A stretch of 64,000 nucleotides of DNA from Clostridiales bacterium (GTDB lineage: Bacteria > Bacillota > Clostridia > Oscillospirales > Acutalibacteraceae). Below the pieces are notes generated by a model. The model saw nothing but the letters and a program-made list of their open reading frames with translations, did not search any database and was not told the origin of the DNA. This document shows, piece by piece, positions 39,275-48,800 of this stretch. The DNA is taken from the NCBI GenBank assembly GCA_021199275.1, contig JAJQIJ010000037.1:14154-78153 (forward strand), given 5' to 3'. A program made the translations under genes and the position numbers. Within the stretch, counting starts at the first letter, position 1; each line of letters opens with the position of its first letter.

Positions 39275-40318
39275 TTATTCCACCCAAATGGGGTTTGTGA
39301 AAGCCCAAATAAAGTCGGGCAGATGTTTTGCTTTTTGTATGTTTTCAATTTTTTTGCTTTTAAAAAACAGATATTCGCCCAGGCAGAAAAGCTTTTCATT
39401 AAATGGGCTGAAACGGTAAGTAATTTCAGCCCGGACAAAGCCCTTTTCTTTGATTTCAGCCTTGGCACTGAAGCTTTTTTCAAACTTTGCAGCTTTGTGT
39501 TCAAATATTACCTTTTCATTGTTATAAACCCTGAGCGTGTGCTTGGCGCGCAGCTTTTCTGCCCTGATTTCTGCAATGCAGCCGGCTGAAAGGCTTACTG
39601 AATCGCCAACCTGCGCCGAGCCCACCGTAAGGTAAAGCATGCCCGAATCCGGCGAATTGGTTATAACGCTTCTGCCCTCTTTAATTGCTTTCAACACGGC
39701 TTTTTCGCTTTTTTCTTCACACAAAACATGGGTTGTAGGGCACGCAAGAAACGGCACAAACGCATATTCGCGGTGAAAGTCAGACCCGCCCACGGCGGCA
39801 AGGCGCCTGCCCTTGAGCAGCTCGCCCACCCACCAGTCGCGGCATTTCATGTTGTCTGAATGCTGAACGGTGTTCCAAATTTCAACACAGTCAAAGTCAA
39901 ACCTGTTAATGTCAATTCGGTAAGGGCAGTTGGTGCAAAACGGGTGGTTCAGGCTGATTACAGCGCCCGCCGCGCGGCATGAATCAAGCAGCGCCACATA
40001 GCCATCTTCGTCTTTTATTTCATAAACGGCTTCGCCTGTTTTTGTGTTGTAAAGCGGCTCTTTCGGCACTTTTTTGCCCCAGACGTTTACATGCCCCAAA
40101 TAATCTGTTATTTCCTGCCCCTGAATTACAAGCATGTCGCCGTCAAAATAGCTTTCCTTAAGTGAATTGTGGTTGTGGTCTGTTATCATTATGAAATCAA
40201 GACCTGCTTTATTGCACGCGTCAATTAATTCACGGGCTTCCAGCACACCGTCTGAATTGGTGGTGTGCAGGTGAGGGTCTCCCCTGAGCCATATTTTTTT
40301 CATTTTATCACTTTCCAA
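39275..40318 (-). CDS. PHP-domain metallohydrolase (CehA/McbA-like)
   Basis: GDPHLHTTNSDG, ITDHN, NHPF, GGSDFH. Confidence 0.85.
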   Translation of the reverse strand: MESDKMKKIWLRGDPHLHTTNSDGVLEARELIDACNKAGLDFIMITDHNHNSLKESYFDGDMLVIQGQEITDYLGHVNVWGKKVPKEPLYNTKTGEAVYEIKDEDGYVALLDSCRAAGAVISLNHPFCTNCPYRIDINRFDFDCVEIWNTVQHSDNMKCRDWWVGELLKGRRLAAVGGSDFHREYAFVPFLACPTTHVLCEEKSEKAVLKAIKEGRSVITNSPDSGMLYLTVGSAQVGDSVSLSAGCIAEIRAEKLRAKHTLRVYNNEKVIFEHKAAKFEKSFSAKAEIKEKGFVRAEITYRFSPFNEKLFCLGEYLFFKSKKIENIQKAKHLPDFIWAFTNPIWVE

Positions 40319-40331
40319 TCGGCTTTGTGTT

Positions 40332-40832
40332 TTACCATTTTAAATTGTGCAGCTGCCCGCGCTGCTCAAGCTGCGGGTAACCCCACTGGCGCAGCGCTTC
40401 ATATGTGCCCACCGCCACGGCGTTGCTCAAATTAAGACTTCTTATAATGCCGCGCATAGGCAGGCGCACGCAGCGGTTTTTGTTTGCCCTTAGCAGTTCT
40501 TCGGGCAGGCCCTTTGTTTCTTTTCCAAACACAAGAAAGCAGCCGTTTTCATAGCTGACTTCACTGTGCGCCTTTAGCGCCTTGGTTGAAAAATAATAAA
40601 AGCTGCCGCCGGCGTTTTCGGCAAAAAAATCAGCTAAGCTGTCATAATATGTAAGGTCAAGCTTGTCCCAATAATCAAGCCCGGCACGCTTTAGCTTTTT
40701 GTCTGTTATTTCAAAGCCCATGGGCTTTACAATGTGCAGCCTGGCGCCGACTGCGGCCGCCGTGCGCGCAACATTGCCGGTGTTTTGCGGAATTTCAGGT
40801 TCCACCAAAACTATATTAAGCACGTTTGCCAT
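40332..40832 (-). CDS. trmL: tRNA (cytidine/uridine-34 2'-O)-methyltransferase
   Basis: EPEIPQNTGN, KRAGLDYW, FGKETKGLP, RSLNLSNAV. Confidence 0.95.
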   Translation of the reverse strand: MANVLNIVLVEPEIPQNTGNVARTAAAVGARLHIVKPMGFEITDKKLKRAGLDYWDKLDLTYYDSLADFFAENAGGSFYYFSTKALKAHSEVSYENGCFLVFGKETKGLPEELLRANKNRCVRLPMRGIIRSLNLSNAVAVGTYEALRQWGYPQLEQRGQLHNLKW

Positions 40833-41931
40833 CTATATATACTTCCCTTATGTTAAGCTCTTTGTCAACAAAAACAATGTCTGCCGCCTTTCCCGGCGCT
40901 ATTGAGCCTATGTTTTTGTCTTCGCCTATTACGCGCGCGGGGTTTATTGTGCAAGCCTTAAGCGCGGTTTTGAAACTAATGCCTATTTGCAAAAGGTTTT
41001 TAAATTCTTCAAACATATTGGTTACAGATGCGGCTATGGTGCCGTTTTCAAGGCGCGCAACACAGTCCCCCTCTTTTACAAAAACACGCTGGCCGCCCAG
41101 CTCAAATTCGCCCGTGCCGAGCCCCGCGGCGCGCATGGAATCTGAAATAACGCATGCCCTGTCTTCACCCAGAATTTTAAACGCATTGCGCAGCACAGCG
41201 GGGCAAACATGGTGCAAATCGCATATAAGTTCGCATGTAACGCTTTCACAGTCAAGCGCAGTGCCTGCTATTCCGGGCTCGCGGTGGGTCATGGGCGTCA
41301 TGGCGTTAAAAAGATGTGTTGCATGGGTAACGCCCGCGTCAATCGCAGCCTTGCATTCGCTGCCGCTTGCCGCCGAATGCCCTATCGCCACGGTGCAATA
41401 TTTAGAAACGGTTTTTATGAATTCGCCGCTGTCAAAAGCTTCCGGCGCTATTGTAATAAGCTTCATTAAACCCGCGCCGGCATCATAAAGCCGCCGTGCG
41501 CTTTCACAGTCAGCCGGGGCTATGTAAGCTTCGTTTTGGGCGCCCTTTTTGCTTTTTGCTATAAACGGGCCCTCAAAATTAATGCCGGCAATTTTTGCCC
41601 AAGCGCTTTTAAACGAAGCTATGTTTTCAGCTATTTGTTCAAGCCTCTCAAGCGGCAAAGTCATTGTGGTGGGGCAAAAAGACGTTACGCCGCACTTTGC
41701 AAGGTGTTTGCTCATTTTTTCAAGGCTTTCAGCCGTGCCGTCAGACGCGTCTGCGCCCGCGCAGCCGTGAATATGAATGTCAACAAAACCCGGCAATGCC
41801 GTAAATTCGCCCATGTCCCTGCCCGGGCCGGCAATCACGCCCACTGCGCTTATTTTGCCGCCGTCTATTTGAATGTCGGCGACTTCCTTTTCAAAAAGTT
41901 CATTATAAAAACACACGTTTTTTAACAGCAT
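40816..41931 (-). CDS. nagA: N-acetylglucosamine-6-phosphate deacetylase
   Basis: PGFVDIHIHG, FEGPF, KKGAQ, GHS, THLFNAM, ICDLHH. Confidence 0.95.
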   Translation of the reverse strand: MLLKNVCFYNELFEKEVADIQIDGGKISAVGVIAGPGRDMGEFTALPGFVDIHIHGCAGADASDGTAESLEKMSKHLAKCGVTSFCPTTMTLPLERLEQIAENIASFKSAWAKIAGINFEGPFIAKSKKGAQNEAYIAPADCESARRLYDAGAGLMKLITIAPEAFDSGEFIKTVSKYCTVAIGHSAASGSECKAAIDAGVTHATHLFNAMTPMTHREPGIAGTALDCESVTCELICDLHHVCPAVLRNAFKILGEDRACVISDSMRAAGLGTGEFELGGQRVFVKEGDCVARLENGTIAASVTNMFEEFKNLLQIGISFKTALKACTINPARVIGEDKNIGSIAPGKAADIVFVDKELNIREVYIDGKRA

Positions 41932-42896
41932 TATAAATTTTCCTTTAGCATTTTATATGTTATTTCAACAAGGGCGTCATAAGTTTCAACCCCGCTTATA
42001 AGGCGCCTGTAATGAGCGCCGCCTTTTATGCCTTTTGTGTAATATGCCGCCTGGCGGCGGGCTTCTTTCATGGCAATTTTTTCGCCCTTATATTTCACGG
42101 CTTTTTCAATGTGCTTTAACATGACCGCCGCTTTTTCGTTTATTGTGGGCGGCAAAAGCATGTTTGAAGTGTTAAGATAAGCGTTTATTCTGGCAAACAG
42201 CCACGGGTTGCCGAAAGCCCCCCTGCCTATCATTATAGCATCACAGCCCGTTTTTTCAAGCATTTTTGCCGCTGAAGCTTCATCTGTAATGTCGCCGTTG
42301 CCTATTACGGGAATTTTAACAGCATCTTTTACACGCCTGATGACTTCGTAATCAACTGTGCCGGAAAACATTTCCTGCCGTGTTCTGCCGTGCACGGTAA
42401 TTGCCGCGGCGCCCGCCTGTTCAAGCATTGCCGCCAGCTGCACGGCGTTTTCATGCTGCGAGTCCCAGCCCTTTCTTATTTTGACTGTTACGGGAATATT
42501 TACGCTTTCGCTGACTGCCCTTACTATTTCACACGCCAGTTCAGGCTCTTTCATAAGCGCCGAGCCGCTGCCGCCCTTTACAATTTTGGGCGCGGGGCAG
42601 CCCATGTTTATGTCTATAAAATCAGGCGAAAATTCAGCCGCCGCTGCCGCAGCTGCCGCCATGCATGTTGCACTGTTTCCAAACAGCTGCACGGCTATGG
42701 GCGCGCCGTTTTTTTCAACTTTCAGCATTTCAAGGCTTTCTTTGTTGCCCATTTCCACGCCCTTTGCGCTTATCATTTCAGTTGCCGTGTAAGCCGCGCC
42801 GAAACTGACCGCCGTTTCGCGAAACGCCCTGTCTGTAACCCCGGCCATGGGGGCTAAAAATACTTTTGATTTAAATTCTGTGTTTCCTATTTTCAT
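41931..42896 (-). CDS. dusB: tRNA-dihydrouridine synthase B
   Basis: LAPMAGVTD, QLFG, DINMGCPAPK, GSGSALM, VHGRT, GNGDI, IGRG. Confidence 0.94.
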   Translation of the reverse strand: MKIGNTEFKSKVFLAPMAGVTDRAFRETAVSFGAAYTATEMISAKGVEMGNKESLEMLKVEKNGAPIAVQLFGNSATCMAAAAAAAAEFSPDFIDINMGCPAPKIVKGGSGSALMKEPELACEIVRAVSESVNIPVTVKIRKGWDSQHENAVQLAAMLEQAGAAAITVHGRTRQEMFSGTVDYEVIRRVKDAVKIPVIGNGDITDEASAAKMLEKTGCDAIMIGRGAFGNPWLFARINAYLNTSNMLLPPTINEKAAVMLKHIEKAVKYKGEKIAMKEARRQAAYYTKGIKGGAHYRRLISGVETYDALVEITYKMLKENL

Positions 42897-42957
42897 GTGT
42901 TCCACCGAATAAAGCAAAAGCCCGACTTACCTGCGGCAAATCGGGCGATTTCATCTG

Positions 42958-43197
42958 TTAGTTTGATGTGTAAGGCAATAAGGCAATCTGGCGGGCTCTT
43001 TTAATTGCTGTGGTAAGCTCCCTTTGGTGCTTTGCGCACACACCCGTAACGCGGCGGGGCAGAATTTTTGCCCTTTCTGACGTGAATTTGCTAAGCTTTG
43101 CAACGTCTTTATAATCTATTTCGTTTTTGCTGTCAACACAAAACTGGCAAACCTTTTTGCGCCCTCTTTTAGCGCCGCCTTTATTATTATATGCCAT
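42958..43197 (-). CDS. rpsR: 30S ribosomal protein S18
   Basis: [26 protein letters not shown]. Confidence 0.97.
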   Translation of the reverse strand: MAYNNKGGAKRGRKKVCQFCVDSKNEIDYKDVAKLSKFTSERAKILPRRVTGVCAKHQRELTTAIKRARQIALLPYTSN

Positions 43198-43223
43198 TAG
43201 CGTATTCCTCCTGACTGAATGAT

Positions 43224-43658
43224 TTAAAACGGAAGGTCATCGTCGTCGTCAACAATTTCTTCAAAGTCGCTGCCCGAAGCCGAAGCATAGCTTGCCTGGG
43301 GCTGGCTGTACTGCGTGTTGGAGCCCGTGTTGCTTTCGGACTTAGACCCGCAGAAAGACACATTGTTTGCAACAACGCGCACATCTTTTCTTTTGTTTCC
43401 GTCTTTGTCTGTGTAATTTTCAACCTGAATTGAGCCTTCAACGGCTATCATTGACCCCTTGTGGAAATAGCGGGACACAAATTCGGCGGTCTGCCGCCAA
43501 GCCGTGACGTCAATAAAATCTGTTTTGCGCTCTTCACCCTGGCGCGCATAATTCCTGTCGCACGCAACGGTGAAACGGCAGAGCGACACGCCACTGGGCG
43601 TAGTCCTGAGCTCAGGGTCAAATGTCAGCCTGCCCATAATTACTGCTGTGTTTAACAT
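43224..43658 (-). CDS. ssb: Single-stranded DNA-binding protein
   Basis: OB fold, C-terminal DDDLPF, between rpsF and rpsR. Confidence 0.97.
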   Translation of the reverse strand: MLNTAVIMGRLTFDPELRTTPSGVSLCRFTVACDRNYARQGEERKTDFIDVTAWRQTAEFVSRYFHKGSMIAVEGSIQVENYTDKDGNKRKDVRVVANNVSFCGSKSESNTGSNTQYSQPQASYASASGSDFEEIVDDDDDLPF

Positions 43659-43670
43659 TTTGAGCCCCCC

Positions 43671-43967
43671 TTATTCGTTTTCGCTTTTTGAAACAATCAG
43701 CGAACGAAGCACGCCGTCTGTTATGTTAACAACACGGTCAAGCTCTGACGGAAAAGCGTCGTCAGCTTCAAACTGGGCAACGATGTAATAGCCTTCCTTT
43801 TCGTAGTTGATTGGGTAAGCCAGCTTGCGCTTGCCCCACTCTTCAACTTCGCCAAGAGTGCCATTCGCCGCAATTAAATCGGTGAATTTTTTCTTTAAAG
43901 CTTCAACAGCCTCTTCACCCTTTGCAAGCGAAAATACAAGTACGATTTCGTATTTTTTTAATGCCAT
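43671..43967 (-). CDS. rpsF: 30S ribosomal protein S6
   Basis: KKYEIV, WGKRKLAYPI, VLRSLI; start at ATG 43967 after AAGGAGGTG. Confidence 0.96.
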   Translation of the reverse strand: MALKKYEIVLVFSLAKGEEAVEALKKKFTDLIAANGTLGEVEEWGKRKLAYPINYEKEGYYIVAQFEADDAFPSELDRVVNITDGVLRSLIVSKSENE

Positions 43968-43974
43968 TCCTGTG

Positions 43975-44068
43975 CACCTCCTTCTGGACTTTTGGCCCGA
44001 AAACCGCTTTCGGGCAAGGATTTCCCAAACAGAATTCCGGGGCTTGAAAACCCCGCTTTCCATTCAGT
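43975..44068 (-). promoter_or_regulatory. Probable S6:S18 autoregulatory mRNA leader
   Basis: ~100-nt 5' UTR with CCTTGCCCGAAA...TTTCGGGC hairpin and CCTT/AAGG pairing onto the SD. Such leaders are known upstream of rpsF; no covariance model was run. Confidence 0.55.
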
Positions 44069-44074
44069 TAAAAT

Positions 44075-44103
44075 ATTATAACAAACCCCGGCAGGGCTGT
44101 CAA
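44075..44103 (-). promoter_or_regulatory. Consensus sigmaA promoter of rpsF-ssb-rpsR
   Basis: TTGACA-17nt-TATAAT with extended -10 TG. Confidence 0.88.
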
Positions 44104-44407
44104 GTAAATTTTGCAACAGATAATTCATTGCCTTTTCGGCATGCAGCTTTTCGGCTGCCGCTTACCTTGAAATCCGACATGGCAAAAAACATTGACGGTT
44201 GATGACGGCGGCACATTTGTTTAAAATAAAATTAGCTTACAGGGCATTTGATTAAATTGCGACAGTCTGTTGCGCTAAATAAAAACTTTTTTCAAAATGC
44301 CTTTTAAGGCTTGATTTGTCTTTTTTTCGTTAGTATAATTAAATCGGAACAACTTTGGCGCTGCACTGCGCGGCGGCATGGAAAAGGGGCGGCGGTTTTT
44401 GGAAAAT

Positions 44408-45580
44408 ATGCAAAAAGAAAATATTGCCGAAACGGCACAAACGCCCGCCGCTGCCGAAATTGCCGGCGCGCCTGCGCAAAACGCAACCCTGCGTGTGAAA
44501 AAGCGCGGCGGGGCTAAGGGCTTTTTCAGGGCGGCCGGTTACATATTGCTGGCGCTTGTCATGCTGGCAGTCATAGGCGGGGTTATAATTTTCACGGTGT
44601 TTATGCTGGGCGGCTCTTCAATCAGCGAAAAGTCATATTCCACCGCGGTTGATTTGACAGACGGCGAATGTGAAATTATTGACAGATATATAGCCGCGGT
44701 AAACGCCGCAAAAAATGAAAGCGACTTTTCGCTTAGCGTTGAATCAGCTTCGGAAATTAAAGACATTGAATGTTCCGTGTCTATTTTTCAGACTATGATA
44801 AACAGCCTGGTTAATTCAATAGACATGCAATATTCGGCAAGCGAAAGCTATGTTTTCACTGCCGGGGCAGACGAAACAGATGAAAGCGCCACCCCGCTTT
44901 CGGTAATTCAGCCCGCGGGCGTGTTTATTGAAGATGGCAGCTACAGCGGCATTTCCGCTGTAAGCAGCAGCGTTTCGGGCGAAAGTGAAACCATTGAATT
45001 CACCGTGGCGGCTGAAAGCATTGACGTGGCAGAAATAATGGCGTTAATGGGCGTTGACATTACAGACATGACGTCTGCCGGGCAGGAAGCATGGGCAGAT
45101 GAAAGCATGGCCACTTACGGCGAAGATTATGACGCGGGCGACTTTTCGATAGACGATATTCGCACCACCGAAGAATACAGCGCGTTTGTGTCTTTAGTGC
45201 CAAACCACACGCAATATTTTGACGTGCTGAGCGCCGCATGGTCTGTAATGAACTCATTCACAGGGGAAGACATGCAGGGCGATTCCGGCCAGTTTGGCTA
45301 TTTTGGCAGCACAGACATGCAGGGCAGCGGGGACATGGCGGAATATTTTGAAGAAAATGGCAGCGCAGACAGCGGCGACTTTTCAAACATGTTTTCATTT
45401 GACGGCGGCACAATTACCTTTGGCGACATGCAGCTTAAAGCCACGCTGCTGGGCGGAAAGGTGCAAAGCCTTAGCATTTCAGTTGACTTTATAATGAACA
45501 TGAACATTACTCTTATGAGCAAGGCGGTTGAATTTTCTTACACCGCCGCGCTTTCGCAGGCATATAATTTTTCGTATTAA
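44408..45580 (+). CDS. Membrane-anchored, highly acidic hypothetical protein
   Basis: One N-terminal TM helix, then a D/E/S-rich domain; no recognised motif; start uncertain (44378 or 44408). Confidence 0.75.
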   Translation: MQKENIAETAQTPAAAEIAGAPAQNATLRVKKRGGAKGFFRAAGYILLALVMLAVIGGVIIFTVFMLGGSSISEKSYSTAVDLTDGECEIIDRYIAAVNAAKNESDFSLSVESASEIKDIECSVSIFQTMINSLVNSIDMQYSASESYVFTAGADETDESATPLSVIQPAGVFIEDGSYSGISAVSSSVSGESETIEFTVAAESIDVAEIMALMGVDITDMTSAGQEAWADESMATYGEDYDAGDFSIDDIRTTEEYSAFVSLVPNHTQYFDVLSAAWSVMNSFTGEDMQGDSGQFGYFGSTDMQGSGDMAEYFEENGSADSGDFSNMFSFDGGTITFGDMQLKATLLGGKVQSLSISVDFIMNMNITLMSKAVEFSYTAALSQAYNFSY

Positions 45581-45585
45581 GGAGC

Positions 45586-46230
45586 TTGGCTTATATGGAA
45601 AGCGAAAACAAAGAAATTAAAACAGCCCAAACCGCCCCGGCGGGCGAACAGCTTGCCGAAAGCAGCCGAAAAGAGCCGAAAAGAGTTGACAGCGGCGCGC
45701 GCAAAAAAAGCAAAAAAAGCAAAAAAAGCAAGAAAAGCAAAAAGGGCAAAAGAGTTTTAACGGCGCTGCTTATAATTGCCGCGTTGGTGCTGGCGGCGGC
45801 CATATTTTTCCCTGTTATGCAAATTTCAAGCAGCAGCATGGCGCCCGCGCTTAACAACGGCGACATTGTGGTGTTAATGGAATCGGGCGAATATGAGCAG
45901 GGCCAGATAATTTGCTTTACCAAAAACGGCAAAACACTTGTAAAAAGGGTGATAGGCACCCCCGGCGACACCGTTGACATTGACGAGCAGGGAAATGTTT
46001 ATGTAAACGGCGCATTGCTTGACGAGCCTTATGTGCAGGAAAAAGCCCTTGGCGATTGTGACATTTCATTTCCTTACACCGTGCCGGACGGGGCATATTT
46101 TGTGCTGGCAGACAACCGGGCAGAGGGTGTTGATTCCCGCTCAAGCCTTGTTGAAAGCGTAAATGCTGAAAAAATAACGGGCCGCGTGCTGTTTCGCCTG
46201 TGGCCTTTCGGCAGCCCGTCTGTGGAATAG
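45586..46230 (+). CDS. Signal peptidase I
   Basis: SSSMAPAL (Ser), LVKRVIGTPGD (Lys), DNRAEGVDSR. Confidence 0.92.
   Translation: MAYMESENKEIKTAQTAPAGEQLAESSRKEPKRVDSGARKKSKKSKKSKKSKKGKRVLTALLIIAALVLAAAIFFPVMQISSSSMAPALNNGDIVVLMESGEYEQGQIICFTKNGKTLVKRVIGTPGDTVDIDEQGNVYVNGALLDEPYVQEKALGDCDISFPYTVPDGAYFVLADNRAEGVDSRSSLVESVNAEKITGRVLFRLWPFGSPSVE
45701..45754 (+). repeat. 9-bp tandem repeat encoding KKS units
   Basis: GCAAAAAAA x3 perfect, then three degenerate units. Confidence 0.85.
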
Positions 46231-46251
46231 CGCTTAAATAATTGTGTTTTT

Positions 46252-46278
46252 AAAAGCCCCCCACCGGGGCTTTTTTTG
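46252..46278 (+). terminator. Terminator after the signal peptidase gene
   Basis: AAAAGCCCC-CCACC-GGGGCTTTT plus T run. Confidence 0.75.
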
Positions 46279-46424
46279 TTTGCCTGAGTTGCTTGTTTTA
46301 AGATTTTTTTGTGCGCTTTTTTTGCTTTGTGGTCTTTCAGGAAAAATTTTCAGCAAAAAAGGCGAAAATGCCCCTGAAAATGATAATTTTCTTACACCCA
46401 AAACGTGTTTTTGCCCGATATTTG

Positions 46425-46453
46425 TTGAAATTTCTGAAAGCCTGTGCTATTAT
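46425..46453 (+). promoter_or_regulatory. Candidate promoter of the pilus operon
   Basis: TTGAAA-17nt-TATTAT with extended -10 TG. Confidence 0.55.
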
Positions 46454-46930
46454 TAGGCTGGCGGGATTATTAATATTAAATTAATAATGAATTCATACTG
46501 ACTTTATATGTTTTTAATTTGGAATTTATTTAAAAAGCAGCGCGTCATAAAATGCTCAAATTACTTTTGTAAAATAGCTATGATTCAATGCGCAGGCTGT
46601 GCCAAATTAAAACATAAATCGGGGCGCGGCTGAAAAGCTGCCCGCAAGTAAAGCCCCGTTTAATTTACCAAATACAGCGGCGCAGGTTTAACCTGCCGGC
46701 CCTTTGCACGGGGAAACGGCTGCTAAAAATGCAATGAGAAAACAGTGGCAAAGCTCATGGCGGTCAGGCATTTTGCAGGCTTGTTGAACCCATGAACACA
46801 GTTAAATGCGTTTTTGCGCAATTTAACAAAAGGGCAATCTGTGCAAACAGTTCCCTGTGTAAGGGGCGGCATGGCGAATGCCCCTGTAAAACTCCGGCCC
46901 GGGCGGGCCGGCGCTTCGGCATCTCTGTAA

Positions 46931-46957
46931 GTTGTCTAACTTTTGGGGTGCATATCA
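46931..46957. mobile_element. Orphan IS3-family (IS150/IS861-like) terminal inverted repeat
   Basis: Reverse complement reads TGATATGCACCCCAAAAGTTAGACAAC, resembling the TGAACTGCACCCCAAAAGTTAGACA end recalled for streptococcal IS3-family elements. No partner IR or transposase seen. Confidence 0.7.
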
Positions 46958-46958
46958 A

Positions 46959-46988
46959 CGAAGCGTGGGGATTTCCCCTAAGTTATAT
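46959..46988 (-). repeat. Left-end fragment of the 138-bp repeat family
   Basis: Plus strand GCGTGGGGATTTCCCCTAAGTTATAT matches the GCG.GG..ATT.CCCCTAAGTTATA end of copies B, D and E. Confidence 0.7.
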
Positions 46989-47032
46989 TTGGACAATAAA
47001 TTTTAAAAAATTTAAGGAAAGAGGAAAAACTC

Positions 47033-48619
47033 ATGAAGACTATGAAAAAAGTTTTCGCGGCACTTGTGGCGCTCACAATGGTTTTGGCAATGGGCACGTT
47101 TTCTGCGTTTGCTGACGATTCATACACAATTACAGTAAACAACACAAGTTCCACCATTTCAATTGACGGCAACACTTATTCTGCATATAAGCTGTTTGAC
47201 GTTACTTACAGCGGAAACGCATATTCTTACACGGCTGACAGTGATTTTGCAACTTTCACTTACTCGGCTGACGGCACAGACTATTCAATGGACAGTGTTG
47301 ACAACGTTCAGGCCCTGCTTCGCTATCTTGAAAGCCTTGAAAGTGATTCAGACGCGTTAAACGCTTTTGCAACAGCTGTTTATGAATTTATTACTAATAA
47401 CGGCATCTCAGCTGACGGCACAGCCACAGCTGACGGCGAATCAGCCACTATTGACGTGACAAGTGCCGGCGCCGGCTATTACCTGATTTACGGTGACGGC
47501 GTGACCACAGACGGCGCAGATGAAACCATTGTTTCAGCCGTTATGTTAACCACAACAGACCCGACTGCAGAAGTTAACGTTAAAGCCGACACACCGACAA
47601 TTGAAAAGTTGATTGACACTGACGGAAAGGACGGAGGCGACACAGACAACACATCTGCCGACATTGGCGACACTGTTGACTTTGTTATTACTTCAACCAT
47701 TCCCACCACTGTTGCGGGCTATGAAAGCTACACTTACACCATTACAGATACTATGTCTGACGGGCTGACATATAATAACGACATGGTTATATCTGTTTAT
47801 AACTCAGCCGGCGCTCTGGTAAGCACATATACCACGTCTGATGTTTTAACAGAAAACGGGCAGGTTCTTACCGTTGACCTTACAGATTTTCTTACAACAG
47901 CAGCAGCAAACCTTGGCGGCACAGTTGTTATAACATATTCGGCAACGCTTGACGTTGACGCTTATGACAATGAAACAGACGAAACCAACACGGTTTATCT
48001 TACATATTCAAGCGACCCATACGCCGCTGACACCACAGCAAACACACCTGAATCAACGGTTTATGTTGCTGATTATGACATTGAAATAAACAAATATTAT
48101 GACAACGACGGCACTGAAGAAGCCCTTGCAGACGCTTCGTTCGTGCTGCAAAATGCAGACGAAGAGTATTACAGTGTTGACGAAACCACAGGTGTTGTTA
48201 CTTGGGTAAGCGACCAAGATAGTGCAACAACAGTTACAACTGACGCCAACGGTTTTGCCCAGTTTGCAGGCCTTGCAGCCGGCACATACACACTGACTGA
48301 AACGGCTGCACCGAGCGGCTATAACCTGCTTACAGATTCAATAGAAGTTGTTATTACTCAAGAGAGCATTGACGCCACCGGTGGTGTTACCGCCACAGCC
48401 ACAATTGACGGTGAAGACGCCACTGTTAGCACAAACGCAGACACAGGGCAGCTTTATGTAACTGTTGATGTTGAAAACACCACAGGCACAGTGCTTCCCT
48501 CAACCGGCGGCGTGGGCACTTACATTTTCTATGCCGTAGGCGGCACTCTTATGATAGCTGCATTTGTTATGTTTATGCAGCAAAAGAAAAAAAGAGAAGC
48601 TTGGGCTGAAGAGGCATAA
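47033..48619 (+). CDS. Major backbone pilin (isopeptide-bond, SpaA-like)
   Basis: Signal peptide, pilin-motif-like VNVK..PTIEK, E-box YTLTETAAPSGY, sorting signal LPSTG + TM + basic tail. Confidence 0.93.
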   Translation: MKTMKKVFAALVALTMVLAMGTFSAFADDSYTITVNNTSSTISIDGNTYSAYKLFDVTYSGNAYSYTADSDFATFTYSADGTDYSMDSVDNVQALLRYLESLESDSDALNAFATAVYEFITNNGISADGTATADGESATIDVTSAGAGYYLIYGDGVTTDGADETIVSAVMLTTTDPTAEVNVKADTPTIEKLIDTDGKDGGDTDNTSADIGDTVDFVITSTIPTTVAGYESYTYTITDTMSDGLTYNNDMVISVYNSAGALVSTYTTSDVLTENGQVLTVDLTDFLTTAAANLGGTVVITYSATLDVDAYDNETDETNTVYLTYSSDPYAADTTANTPESTVYVADYDIEINKYYDNDGTEEALADASFVLQNADEEYYSVDETTGVVTWVSDQDSATTVTTDANGFAQFAGLAAGTYTLTETAAPSGYNLLTDSIEVVITQESIDATGGVTATATIDGEDATVSTNADTGQLYVTVDVENTTGTVLPSTGGVGTYIFYAVGGTLMIAAFVMFMQQKKKREAWAEEA

Positions 48620-48800
48620 TTAATTCAGATTAAAGCCTGCCGGCTTTATGAAAACGGCCGCCGGCTTACGCCTTTTCATTAAAGGAAAATGCGCAGAAAA
48701 AACAGATTTCCCTTTAATGAAAAGGTGGCAACACCTTTTATTACCATGGCTGCAACTGCGGCGCCGAAACACGGCTGCCGAATGTTTAAGGGGGAAACCC

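Noticed and set aside
46700-46790. Firm c-di-GMP riboswitch call upstream of the pilin
   Set aside because: Only isolated words match; the P1/P2 arrangement of class I and the GGGCAC/GTGC pseudoknot of class II could not be fitted.
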